Position numbers and translations under genes: made by a program
Shown: positions 29,447 through 38,149 of the stretch, one piece after another
Layout: the number at the start of each line of letters is the position of its first letter
Position numbering within the stretch: position 1 is the stretch's first letter
DNA from: Acidimicrobiia bacterium
GTDB lineage: Bacteria; Actinomycetota; Acidimicrobiia; Acidimicrobiales; JANYDT01
Assembly (NCBI GenBank): GCA_031423635.1
Contig: JANPFX010000077.1
Span: forward strand, 6,344-70,343
Length of the DNA: 64,000 nucleotides
Direction of reading: 5' to 3'
The notes under the pieces: generated by a model
What the model was told of the DNA's origin: nothing
The model's input: the letters and a program-made list of their open reading frames with translations, nothing else
Databases searched by the model: none

Positions 29447-29953
29447 CGCAAACGCTGCGGCTCGGGGTACGCCTTCCAGAATCGATCGGGATCGGCGCGT
29501 AACTCGTGCGCGGCTGCGTCGAGCGTGACGTCACCGAACTCGATCCCGACTCGGCCCCTTGGCGGATCGAGTCGGCGTGGCCGGTCGCGACCAGGACGCC
29601 AGGAAACGCACTCGAACCCGACCATCGGTTCACGTGGAGCACGAGGACGTCGGGGATGCGGATGACTGCCCCGCACGTCGTCGAACCGAAAGCGAGTGGT
29701 TCACGCAACTCGCTTCGTATCGATCTCGAAGGCGCCGGCGCGACGCTCATGGGATGGCTCCTCGCCGCAAGATCGAACGTGTCCTGGCCACGGAGCACGA
29801 CGGGTTTCGTCGGGAGGCCGAGCGCATCGCCGCCGAAGCCGGGCGCAACCTCCGCTCAGCCGACTCCGGGTGAAGCTCGCCTTGGCGACGCACGCATGCC
29901 GAGCGCTACGGTCGCCTTTGTAGGACAACAGCGCTCTGCCCGAAGGACTCCGA

Positions 29954-31099
29954 ATGACCGACGGCTTTTGCAACCCCATGTTCGATGCCGTCAGATCAGC
30001 GTTCGACGCAAACTTCGCCCGAGGCGACGAGGTGGGCGCGTCCGTTGCGGTGATTCACCGGGGCGAGGTCGTTGTTGATCTCTGGGGTGGCCACACCGAC
30101 GCCGTGAAGTCCACGGAGTGGGGTCGCGACACGCTGATCAACGTGTGGTCGACGACGAAGACGATGACCGCGCTCTGCATGCTCCTATTGATGGATCGCG
30201 GCGAGCTCGATCCTGATGCCCCGGTCACCAGGTACTGGCCCGAGTTCGAGGCCAACGGCAAGGGCAACGTCCTCATCCGCCACATCATGAGCCACACCGC
30301 CGGACTGCCCGGATGGGACGAGAAGATCGACGTGACGGTCCTCTTCGACTGGGATCGAACGTGTGCATTGCTTGCCGCCCAGCCGACGTGGTGGGAGCCG
30401 GGCACCGCCTCGGGCTATCACGCCACCTCCCAGGGCTTCTTGTGCGGTGAGGTGGTGCGTCGGATCACCGGGCTCACCCTCGGTCACTTCTTTGCCCGTG
30501 AGGTGGCGGGGCCGACCGGCGCCGACTTCCACATCGGCACCTCGCAGGCGCAGGACCACCGGGTCATCTCGGTGATCCCACCCGAGCCGACAGCTGGTTT
30601 TGCGGCCCTTCCGGCGGACGCCGTGATCCCGCCTGAGTTCGAGATCGCCCACCGCACCTTCACCAACCCCCAGACGCAGGCCGAGGTGTCGTTCACGATC
30701 CCGTGGCGGCGCGCGGAACTGCCGGCCGTCGGCGGCCACGGCAACGCCCGCTCCGTCGCGGTCGCCCAACATGCCGTATCGCACGGTGGCGTGGCGTTCG
30801 GTCGGCGGATCCTGTCACCGAACGCCACCGATGTGATCTTCCGGGAGCAGTACAACGGCGTCGACCGGGTGCTGTTCTCGTCCCTCCATCACGGCATCGG
30901 CTACGCCCTCCCCGGTGAGTTGCACCCACTGCCTTCGAGTAGGGCGGCGTGGTGGGCCGGCTGGGGCGGGTCCCTTTGCGTCAACGACCTCGAACACGGC
31001 TTCACCTTCGCCTACGTGATGAACCGCATGCTCCCGGGCACCTTCGGCGACTACCGCTCCGCCGGTCTACTGACGGCGCTGTACCGCTCCCTCGGCTGA
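29954..31099 (+). CDS. serine hydrolase, beta-lactamase/esterase (class C-like) family
   Basis: SxxK motif in VWSTTKTMTAL, with the YHA region downstream. Length is 381 aa. Confidence 0.8.
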   Translation: MTDGFCNPMFDAVRSAFDANFARGDEVGASVAVIHRGEVVVDLWGGHTDAVKSTEWGRDTLINVWSTTKTMTALCMLLLMDRGELDPDAPVTRYWPEFEANGKGNVLIRHIMSHTAGLPGWDEKIDVTVLFDWDRTCALLAAQPTWWEPGTASGYHATSQGFLCGEVVRRITGLTLGHFFAREVAGPTGADFHIGTSQAQDHRVISVIPPEPTAGFAALPADAVIPPEFEIAHRTFTNPQTQAEVSFTIPWRRAELPAVGGHGNARSVAVAQHAVSHGGVAFGRRILSPNATDVIFREQYNGVDRVLFSSLHHGIGYALPGELHPLPSSRAAWWAGWGGSLCVNDLEHGFTFAYVMNRMLPGTFGDYRSAGLLTALYRSLG

Positions 31100-31187
31100 G
31101 CCGGTTGTTTCTGCCAACGCGGCCGGGCGCTTCGTCGCTCCCTCGGTGGATTGTTCCGCGCGCTGAGTGATCGGGGAGGATGGTCGC

Positions 31188-33140
31188 ATGCGTGAACGCG
31201 ACCAGCCGTGGGTGATGAGGACCTACTCGGGCCACTCGACGGCCCGGGCGTCGAATGCGTTGTACCGCACCAACCTCGCCAAGGGCCAGACCGGCCTCTC
31301 GGTGGCCTTCGACCTTCCGACGCAAACCGGGTATGACCCGGGTGATCTGGCGGCCAATGGCGAGGTCGGCAAGGTCGGCGTGCCAGTGGTGCATCTCGGC
31401 CACATGCGCGAGCTGTTCGCCGACATCCCGCTCGAGTAGTTGAACACCTCGATGACAATCAACGCCACAGCGGCGTGGTTGCTCGGTCTCTACGTCGCCC
31501 TCGCGGATGAACGCGGCATCGACCCGGCGGTGCTGGCCGGCACCACACAGAACGACATCGTCAAGGAGTACCTGTCCAGGGGTACCTACATCTACCCACC
31601 TGAGGCATCGCGACGGCTCATCGTCGACATGGTGGCCTACACCGTGCATCACGTTCCGAAGTGGAATCCGATCAACGTGTGCAGCTACCACCTGCAGGAG
31701 GCCGGGGCCACCCCCACGCAGGAACTGGCCTACGCGCTTGCAACGGCGATCGACGTGCTCGACGCCGTGCGGGCGTCGGGTCAGGTGAGCGAGGCCGAGT
31801 TCGCCGAGACCGTCGGCCGGATCTCGTTCTTCGTCAACGCCGGCATCCGCTTCGTGGAGGAGATGTGCAAGATGCGCGCCTTCACGCAGATGTGGGAGCG
31901 CATCTGTGTGGAGCGCTACGGCGTCACCAACCCGAAGTTCACCCGCTTCCGTTACGGTCTCCAGGTGAACTCGCTCGGCCTCACCGAGGCGCAACCGGAG
32001 AACAACGTGCCGCGCATCGTGCTCGAGATGCTCGGCGTCACGCTTTCACGCGATGCGCGTGCTCGCGCCGTGCAGCTTCCGGCGTGGAACGAGGCGCTCG
32101 GTCTGCCCCGACCATGGGATCAGCAATGGTCACTGCGCATGCAGCAGATCCTCGCCTTCGAAACCGACCTTCTCGAATACGACGACCTGTTCACCGGCTC
32201 GGTTGTCGTCGAGGCGAAGGTCGCCGACATGATTGCCGCGGCGCAGTCCGAGCTCGACGACGTGCTCGGCCTCGGTGGCGCCTTCGCTGCAATCGATGAA
32301 CTGAAGGCCCGACTCGTACGTTCGCATACGGAACGCACCCGTCGCATCGAGAGCGGTGATCTCATCGTCGTCGGCGTGAACCGTTTCACCGAGACGACCG
32401 ACTCACCGCTCGGTGGAGCCGAGAGCATCTTGAAGGTCGACCCTGCGGTCGAAGCCGAGGCGATCGCCGAACTCGCAGTCTGGCGAGCGCAGCGTGACCA
32501 GTCGGCGGTCGATGCCGCGCTTGCCGACCTCCGGAACTGCGCACAGGATGGCTCGAACGTGATGCCGGCGACGATCGTCGCCGCCCGTGCCGGCGTGACG
32601 ACGGGGGAGTGGGCGCAGGTGCTGCGTGAGGAGTTCGGCGAGTTCCGTGCTCCCACCGGTGTCGGCGGTGCGAGCGGGACCGCGCGTCGCTCACCTGGCA
32701 TGGTGGCACTGGCGACGCGCAACAAGGCGCTCGCCGGTGGCCCGCCGCGGCTGCTCGTCGGCAAGCCCGGGCTCGACGGCCACTCCAACGGTGCCGAGCA
32801 GATCGCCGTTGCGGCTCGTGACGCTGGCATGGAAGTCATCTACGAGGGCATCCGGTCCACCCCGCAGCAGATCGCCGCTGCGGCCCGCGACGAGGACCCC
32901 GACGTGATCGGGCTTTCGATCCTCTCCGGGTCACACCTCACGATGGTTACCGAGGTGATGGATCTTCTGCGCGCATATGATATTGATGCGCCGGTGGTCG
33001 TAGGCGGGATCATTCCGGAGGACGACCGCGCCGTGCTCACCGCGGCTGGGGTGCGAGCGGTCTACACACCGAAAGACTTCGATCTCACGAAGATCATGGA
33101 GGAACTCTCCGACCTCGCCGCCGCAGGCCGGGTGCGCTAG
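31188..33140 (+). pseudogene. meaA: MeaA/Ecm-type (ethylmalonyl-CoA mutase-like) B12-dependent acyl-CoA mutase, interrupted by in-frame TAG at 31437-31439
   Basis: ORFs 31167..31439 and 31440..33140 are in the same frame and read ...DIPLE*LNTSMTINATA... RTYSGHSTA lies at the N-terminus. The C-terminal B12 domain has GKPGLDGHSNG (DxHxxG). Confidence 0.8.
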
Positions 33141-33168
33141 CCACCGACCCGGTGTCGCGGCGGGACCC

Positions 33169-33915
33169 TCAGCCTTTGCCGAACGTTCCGAGTCGTTCCC
33201 CGGCGCCGGACATCGGGTACTGGGTGTCGTATTCGAACTGGAGGGCCTCGGACATGCCCCGGTCCTGGCCGTTGCGGTACAGGTCCTTGTAGGCGGCGAG
33301 GGCTTCGGGGCTGTTGGCCACCACCGACGCGGCGACCTCGGCAACCGTGTCATCGATCTGGTCGAGGGGTACGCAGTGCGACGCCATGCCGAAGTCGTAG
33401 GCCTCGCGACCGGTGAAGGTGCGGGCGGTGTAGGATAGCTCGCGGGCGCGGACCGTCCCGACTGCCCTCACGAGTCGGGCGCTCATCCCCCACGTGGGAC
33501 GCAGGCCCCACTTGGCGTGGGTGTCCCCCAGCTTCGCTTCCTCGGCAACGACCATCAGGTCGCAAGCGAGCGCTAACTCCAACGCGCCGGTGAAGCAGAA
33601 GCCGTGGACCCGGGCGATCGTGACCTTGGGCATCGTCGCCAGGAGCTTGGTGCAGCGCCGAGCGGGACCGTTCAGACCGCCGGAGACGTTCCCTCCATCG
33701 ACCGAGGTGCCCTGCAGCGCCTTCAGGTCCACGCCCGCGCTGAACGCCCGGCCCGTGCCGGTCAGGACCACCACGCGAACGGATCCGTCCGAAGCAGCTT
33801 CGGCGAGTGCGTCGGCCAGTTCGGAAAGGAGTGCGGGAGTGAGTGCATTCAGCGCATCCGGTCGGTGAAGCGTGAGGGTGCGAACGGCCTCGTCGTCGTG
33901 GCGAAGGATGGTCAT
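33169..33915 (-). CDS. enoyl-CoA hydratase/isomerase (crotonase) family protein
   Basis: Start MTILRHDDEAVRTLTLHRPDALNAL, then VVVLTGTGRAFSAGVDL and the GFCFTGALELALACD oxyanion region. Confidence 0.85.
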   Translation of the reverse strand: MTILRHDDEAVRTLTLHRPDALNALTPALLSELADALAEAASDGSVRVVVLTGTGRAFSAGVDLKALQGTSVDGGNVSGGLNGPARRCTKLLATMPKVTIARVHGFCFTGALELALACDLMVVAEEAKLGDTHAKWGLRPTWGMSARLVRAVGTVRARELSYTARTFTGREAYDFGMASHCVPLDQIDDTVAEVAASVVANSPEALAAYKDLYRNGQDRGMSEALQFEYDTQYPMSGAGERLGTFGKG

Positions 33916-34109
33916 GGCTCTCACCATCGCACGGGGTGGCACCCAATCGCCAACAACGCGCGGGTTCGTCGCCGGCAACGCGCTTTCCTGGCAAGAAATC
34001 GACGAACTCACGCGTAGCGGGCGATGAACCTGCCCCGCGCGGGCGACCTACGTGAATCGCGACGGCGAATTCCGAACGAGAGTCTGCCGCGGACGTCTCA
34101 TTCGCTCGC

Positions 34110-34814
34110 TCACGGCGCGCGGACGTCGTGGGGCACCCACCCGAGCGTCTCGTCGAGGTCGCGCGCCACAACGGGCCGGCGGGTGAGACGCGCCGAAGAG
34201 ATGCGGTCGAGTCGGAAGATCCGGCCGGCGTTCCGTAGATGGCACCAGCCGATGAGGAACCAGCGGTCGTCTCCACGGTAGAAGCCGAGGGCTTCCACCG
34301 CTCGGTTCGTCACCAGTCCGTTGGCGTCGGTGTAGGCGAGGTTGACGACGACCTGACGTCTCACGGCGTCCTCAACCGTTCGTCGAACGTGCGCCTTCAC
34401 GCGCGCTTGATCCAGGGGAGCGCCGTTGTTGGTACGGATCCGTCGTCGCAACGCGTCGACCTCGAATCGGGTCTGCTCGCCAAGGCTGTCGAGGAGCCGC
34501 TTCACCGCCGCAGACCCGGCGTCGGAGAAGGGCATGTCCCGTCCCGCGGATGCCAACGCGATCACCAATGAGACCACCTCGGGCGTCGAAAGGGTCACGA
34601 TGACGGCGCCGGCTCGATCGAGCGTGTGTTGTCCTCCGTTGCGTCCGTGGTCGACATAGAGCGGAACGCCGCTCGATCGCAACGCTGCGAGATCGCGCTC
34701 GATGGTGCGACGGCTCACCTCGAACTCGCGGGCCAACTGGGTGGAGCTCACCGGCCGGCCGCGATTGCGGCGGATGTGTTCGTTGATGGCGTAAAGACGC
34801 TCGAGTCGATTCAT
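34110..34814 (-). CDS. YafY-type HTH + WYL domain transcriptional regulator
   Basis: MNRLERLYAINEHIRRNRGRPVSSTQLAREFEVSRRTIERDLAALR (HTH). A WYL-like core RWFLIGWCHLRNAGRIFRLDRI is present. Confidence 0.85.
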   Translation of the reverse strand: MNRLERLYAINEHIRRNRGRPVSSTQLAREFEVSRRTIERDLAALRSSGVPLYVDHGRNGGQHTLDRAGAVIVTLSTPEVVSLVIALASAGRDMPFSDAGSAAVKRLLDSLGEQTRFEVDALRRRIRTNNGAPLDQARVKAHVRRTVEDAVRRQVVVNLAYTDANGLVTNRAVEALGFYRGDDRWFLIGWCHLRNAGRIFRLDRISSARLTRRPVVARDLDETLGWVPHDVRAP

Positions 34815-34883
34815 GGGTGCACGCAGATCATTTTCCGGGAATATCCGACACTCCGCTGTCGCACATGGATCGTACGGTGTCGG

Positions 34884-35315
34884 ATGACGAAAGGTGTTCA
34901 ACTGATGACCGCTCCCGCTCCACTTCGACTCGGCTACGTGATCTTCTACGTTGAGAGTGTTGGCGCCACCGTCCGGTTCTATGCAGACGCGTTCGGGTTG
35001 GCCGAGAAGTTCGCCACCGAGGACTACGCCGAACTCGACACTGGCGCAACGACGTTGTCGTTCGTCGCGCACTCGCTCGCCCACCGCAACCTCGATGCCG
35101 TCGGCGGCTTCACACCGGTGAGTTCGTCGGTCCCTCCGATCGGCGCATCGATCACGCTGATCACCGATGACGTTGGCGCAGCAACCCAACGCGCGATCGC
35201 CGCCGGTGCGCGTCCCTACCTCGAACCCACGGTGAAGCTGTGGGGACAGACGGTGTCGTATGTGCTCGATCCGAACGGCATCCTCGTCGAGATCGGCACC
35301 CCTGTCGGCGGCTGA
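34884..35315 (+). CDS. VOC/glyoxalase-family protein
   Basis: LGYVIFYVESVGATVRFYADAFG and LDPNGILVEI segments. An alternative start is ATG 34905. Confidence 0.7.
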   Translation: MTKGVQLMTAPAPLRLGYVIFYVESVGATVRFYADAFGLAEKFATEDYAELDTGATTLSFVAHSLAHRNLDAVGGFTPVSSSVPPIGASITLITDDVGAATQRAIAAGARPYLEPTVKLWGQTVSYVLDPNGILVEIGTPVGG

Positions 35316-35365
35316 CGAACGAGTCGGTGGGCGACCGCACTTGCTCGATCGGCCGTTCATGGGCG

Positions 35366-36319
35366 ATGGTCGGTTGCATGAGTGATGCACGTGCCCTCGT
35401 CCCCTACGACGAGTTCTCGATGTTCCATGAGAACGCGTCCGAGTTCGGCCTGCCGCTCCCGGGTCCGCCGATCGTTCGCCGGGTGACGGCGACGATGCCC
35501 GACGGCCGGGTGATGAGTGCGCTCGCGTGGGGTGACACGCCGCCGGAGTTGGTCCTCATCCACGGCGGCGCGCAGAACGCGCACACGTGGGACACGGTCG
35601 CGCTCGCGCTCGGGCGGCCGCTGCTCGCGATCGATCTTCCCGGCCACGGTCACTCCGACAGCGCCTCTTCGGCCACGGACGCGCAGACATCGGCGACGGC
35701 GCTGGCTGCGGATGTCGCAGAGGTGATCCATCAGCTGGCACCCTCGGCGAAGGTGATCGTCGGCATGTCGCTCGGTGGACTCACGTCGATTGCGTTGACA
35801 GGTGCGCGTCCTGACCTGGTCCGTTCCCTCGTGCTGGTCGACGTGACGCCTGGGGTGACCAGTGAGAAGGCGAAGGCGATCCACAGCTTCGTGAACGGCC
35901 CGACGAGCTTCCCGAGCTTTGACGAGATCCTCGCCCGCACGGTGGAGTTCAACCCCGGTCGCACGGTCGCGTCGTTGCGTCGCGGCATCCTCCACAACGC
36001 CCAGCAGCAGGCCGACGGCAGTTGGGTGTGGCGCCACCGTCGCCATGCGGATCCTGACGCGAGCCCGATGGCGGCCGCTTCGGGGGAAGAGCGGATGAAC
36101 GCCCTCGCCGCACTGTGGGACGTGGTGTCGACGTCGACGATGCCGGTGATGTTGGTACGCGGGATGCGTCCTCAGTCCGTCGTCGACGACAACGACGAGG
36201 CCGAGCTCCTCCGTCGTCGACCCGATGCACGGGTCGAGCACGTCGATGAGGCGGGCCACAGCGTTCAGGGCGACGCACCAGTCGAACTTGCCCGCCTGAT
36301 CGCCGACTTCCTGTCGTAG
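35366..36319 (+). CDS. alpha/beta hydrolase
   Basis: LVLIHGGAQNAHTW, DLPGHGHSD and the nucleophile elbow GMSLGG. An alternative start is ATG 35378. Confidence 0.8.
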   Translation: MVGCMSDARALVPYDEFSMFHENASEFGLPLPGPPIVRRVTATMPDGRVMSALAWGDTPPELVLIHGGAQNAHTWDTVALALGRPLLAIDLPGHGHSDSASSATDAQTSATALAADVAEVIHQLAPSAKVIVGMSLGGLTSIALTGARPDLVRSLVLVDVTPGVTSEKAKAIHSFVNGPTSFPSFDEILARTVEFNPGRTVASLRRGILHNAQQQADGSWVWRHRRHADPDASPMAAASGEERMNALAALWDVVSTSTMPVMLVRGMRPQSVVDDNDEAELLRRRPDARVEHVDEAGHSVQGDAPVELARLIADFLS

Positions 36320-36352
36320 CCATATAGCCATACAGTTTGATATGCTAAGAAT
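36318..36352 (+). promoter_or_regulatory. AT-rich promoter/operator region of vapBC, possibly giving a leaderless mRNA
   Basis: Local GC drop. Direct repeat AGCCATA at 36318-36324 and 36326-36332. TATGCT at 36341-36346 ends 6 nt before the ATG at 36353, and there is no SD. Confidence 0.3.
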
Positions 36353-36595
36353 ATGAAGACGACGGTGAACCTCCCCGACGCATTGGCGGAACAGGCAAAA
36401 AAACGTGCCGCGGAGGAAGGGCGAACGTTCACCAGCCTGATCGAAGAAGGACTTCGCGCCTTGCTCTCGAGCGAGCGAGCGTTTCCATCGGTCGAGCCGC
36501 TGCCAAGTTTCGGCGCGTTCGGAGCGAAACCGAAGGTTGATCTCGAGGACCGCGACGCGCTTTGGGCGGCCCTCGATCGAGACGGCCTTCGGTGA
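36353..36595 (+). CDS. vapB: type II antitoxin (VapB-like, ribbon-helix-helix type)
   Basis: 80 aa starting MKTTVNLPDALAEQAKKRAAEEGRTFTSLIEEGLRALL. The stop overlaps the toxin start (GTGA). Confidence 0.8.
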   Translation: MKTTVNLPDALAEQAKKRAAEEGRTFTSLIEEGLRALLSSERAFPSVEPLPSFGAFGAKPKVDLEDRDALWAALDRDGLR

Positions 36596-37029
36596 TTGTC
36601 GCCGACGTCAACGTGTTGGTCTACGCCTTTCGGCATGAGTCGGAGCACTTCGAGACGTACCACCGCTGGCTCGGTGAGACCATCGGCGGACCCGAAGCAT
36701 TCGCGATCGTCGACGTTTGCCTTGCCGGATTCGTGCGCATCGTCACCAACCCGCGAATCTACGAAGCTCCTGCGCCGACTGTCCTCGCGCTCGAGTTCGT
36801 CCGAAAGCTGCGCATCTCTCGCAACGCAACGCCGATTGCGGCGAACTCCGCGACGTGGGAACTCCTTGACGAGTGGGTCAGCGGTGACGATCGAATCGTC
36901 GGCAATCTCGTGCCCGATGCATTTCTCGCGGCGCTTGCCGCATCGCATGGCGCTCGGTTGGCCACCAATGACCGCGGCTTTGCTCGGTACCCGGGCCTGA
37001 AGGTCTTCGACCCCCTCACCCGAGGTTGA
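36592..37029 (+). CDS. vapC: type II toxin VapC (PIN domain ribonuclease)
   Basis: VIVADVNVLVYA (first acidic residue), a later D in LVPDAFLAA, and TNDRGFARY near the C-terminus. Length is 145 aa. Confidence 0.85.
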   Translation: MIVADVNVLVYAFRHESEHFETYHRWLGETIGGPEAFAIVDVCLAGFVRIVTNPRIYEAPAPTVLALEFVRKLRISRNATPIAANSATWELLDEWVSGDDRIVGNLVPDAFLAALAASHGARLATNDRGFARYPGLKVFDPLTRG

Positions 37030-37192
37030 GCCACCTCCTGATACGGGTGCTGTGGTCGCTTCACCCAAGCGTCCGACGGGGCCACCTCGGACAAGCTCCA
37101 GTCGGAAGAGGCCACGCTGGGCGCGATCACCGTTGAAGGTCTCGACCGTTGTCTGGCGCTGTTCGGCTTGACCTGTCGCCGCCCGCCCACGT

Positions 37193-38149
37193 CTACCGCA
37201 CCACCACGACAACGAGAACGACAGGGATCAGCACGAGCGCCAGCCCCGACAGCACGATGGCGATGAGCGCGAAGGACGCTGAGGAATCCTTCGGCGGTTT
37301 GCCGGCCGCGCCGACGGTCTCCCACAACGCCTTCAGCGGGTTGTCGAGGGTGAGACGGATGCGATGGCGGGCGACCGCCGCTCCGCGCAGGGCCGACCAC
37401 GAGATCAGACCGAAGAGCACGAAGAGCACGGCGATGGCCACGATCAGGCCGACCTTCGACTTCGCTCCCTCGAGCGCGTTGCTCACGACCGATGACAACC
37501 AGGACACGACGGCGCCGCCGAGGAGGAACGTCGGCACACCGAGCGGGTTCTTCCTCAGTGTCGGCATGACGCGCTCGGCGTCGATGCGAGCCCGCCGCAG
37601 CATGAAGCGGTCGGGAGAGTCCCTGGGCGCGTTGGCCTCGCGGCGGATGTAGAGGTTCCGGATGGCCGTGATCGCTTCGGCCTGGTGGTTGCGGACGATG
37701 AATCGGCTGATCAACTGCACCAGGAACGCCAGGACGGGAGTGAGAGGACCCAGTTTGGGGAGCTGGGGGCTTCTCGCCCCGTTTCGGTCGAGCACCTCGA
37801 GTGACCGCATGGCCATCAGGTGCGCTTCCTCGAACCGTGCCGGGAGGTAGAGCGGCTTGCGGGCGGACAACTCGCGAAGGATGTCCTTCTCGACGCGACC
37901 CTTCGCCCCGAAGTTCGACAGGATCGCGTCGACGCCAGCCTCGTCGTTCGACTTGCTCAGCGATCGGAACGCGCTGAGGCGCTCGCTGAAGTCATCGAGG
38001 ATCAGGAAATCCCGTTTGCCGTCCCCATCGGTGTCGCCGAGCTTGCGGGTCGTTTCGGTCTCGCCATGGTCGGCCACGGGAGAACGGTAGCCGGATGCCG
38101 GAGCTGGACGAGGGCCGGAGCGGCGCGGGGTTACGGTGGCAGCCGTCAT
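37193..38149 (-). CDS. hypothetical membrane protein
   Basis: Coding-like ORF with 3-4 hydrophobic helices in the C-terminal half (PTFLLGGAVVSWLSSVV, LIVAIAVLFVLFGLISW, FALIAIVLSGLALVLIPVVLVVVVV). The start is uncertain (38167, 38149 or GTG 38077). No family recognised. Confidence 0.5.
   Translation of the reverse strand: MTAATVTPRRSGPRPAPASGYRSPVADHGETETTRKLGDTDGDGKRDFLILDDFSERLSAFRSLSKSNDEAGVDAILSNFGAKGRVEKDILRELSARKPLYLPARFEEAHLMAMRSLEVLDRNGARSPQLPKLGPLTPVLAFLVQLISRFIVRNHQAEAITAIRNLYIRREANAPRDSPDRFMLRRARIDAERVMPTLRKNPLGVPTFLLGGAVVSWLSSVVSNALEGAKSKVGLIVAIAVLFVLFGLISWSALRGAAVARHRIRLTLDNPLKALWETVGAAGKPPKDSSASFALIAIVLSGLALVLIPVVLVVVVVR

Noticed and set aside
29754-29873. Small plus-strand ORF MAPRRKIERVLATEHDGFRREAERIAAEAGRNLRSADSG, considered as an antitoxin-like peptide.
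   Set aside because: There is no SD, no partner gene and no recognisable family. Its high GC3 could simply mirror coding-like sequence on the opposite strand.
31440-33140. Treating the TTG-initiated 566-aa ORF as an independent, normal mutase gene.
   Set aside because: It lacks the conserved N-terminal substrate-binding segment. That segment is encoded in the same frame immediately upstream of the TAG. A split or readthrough cannot be excluded, but it is not the default reading.
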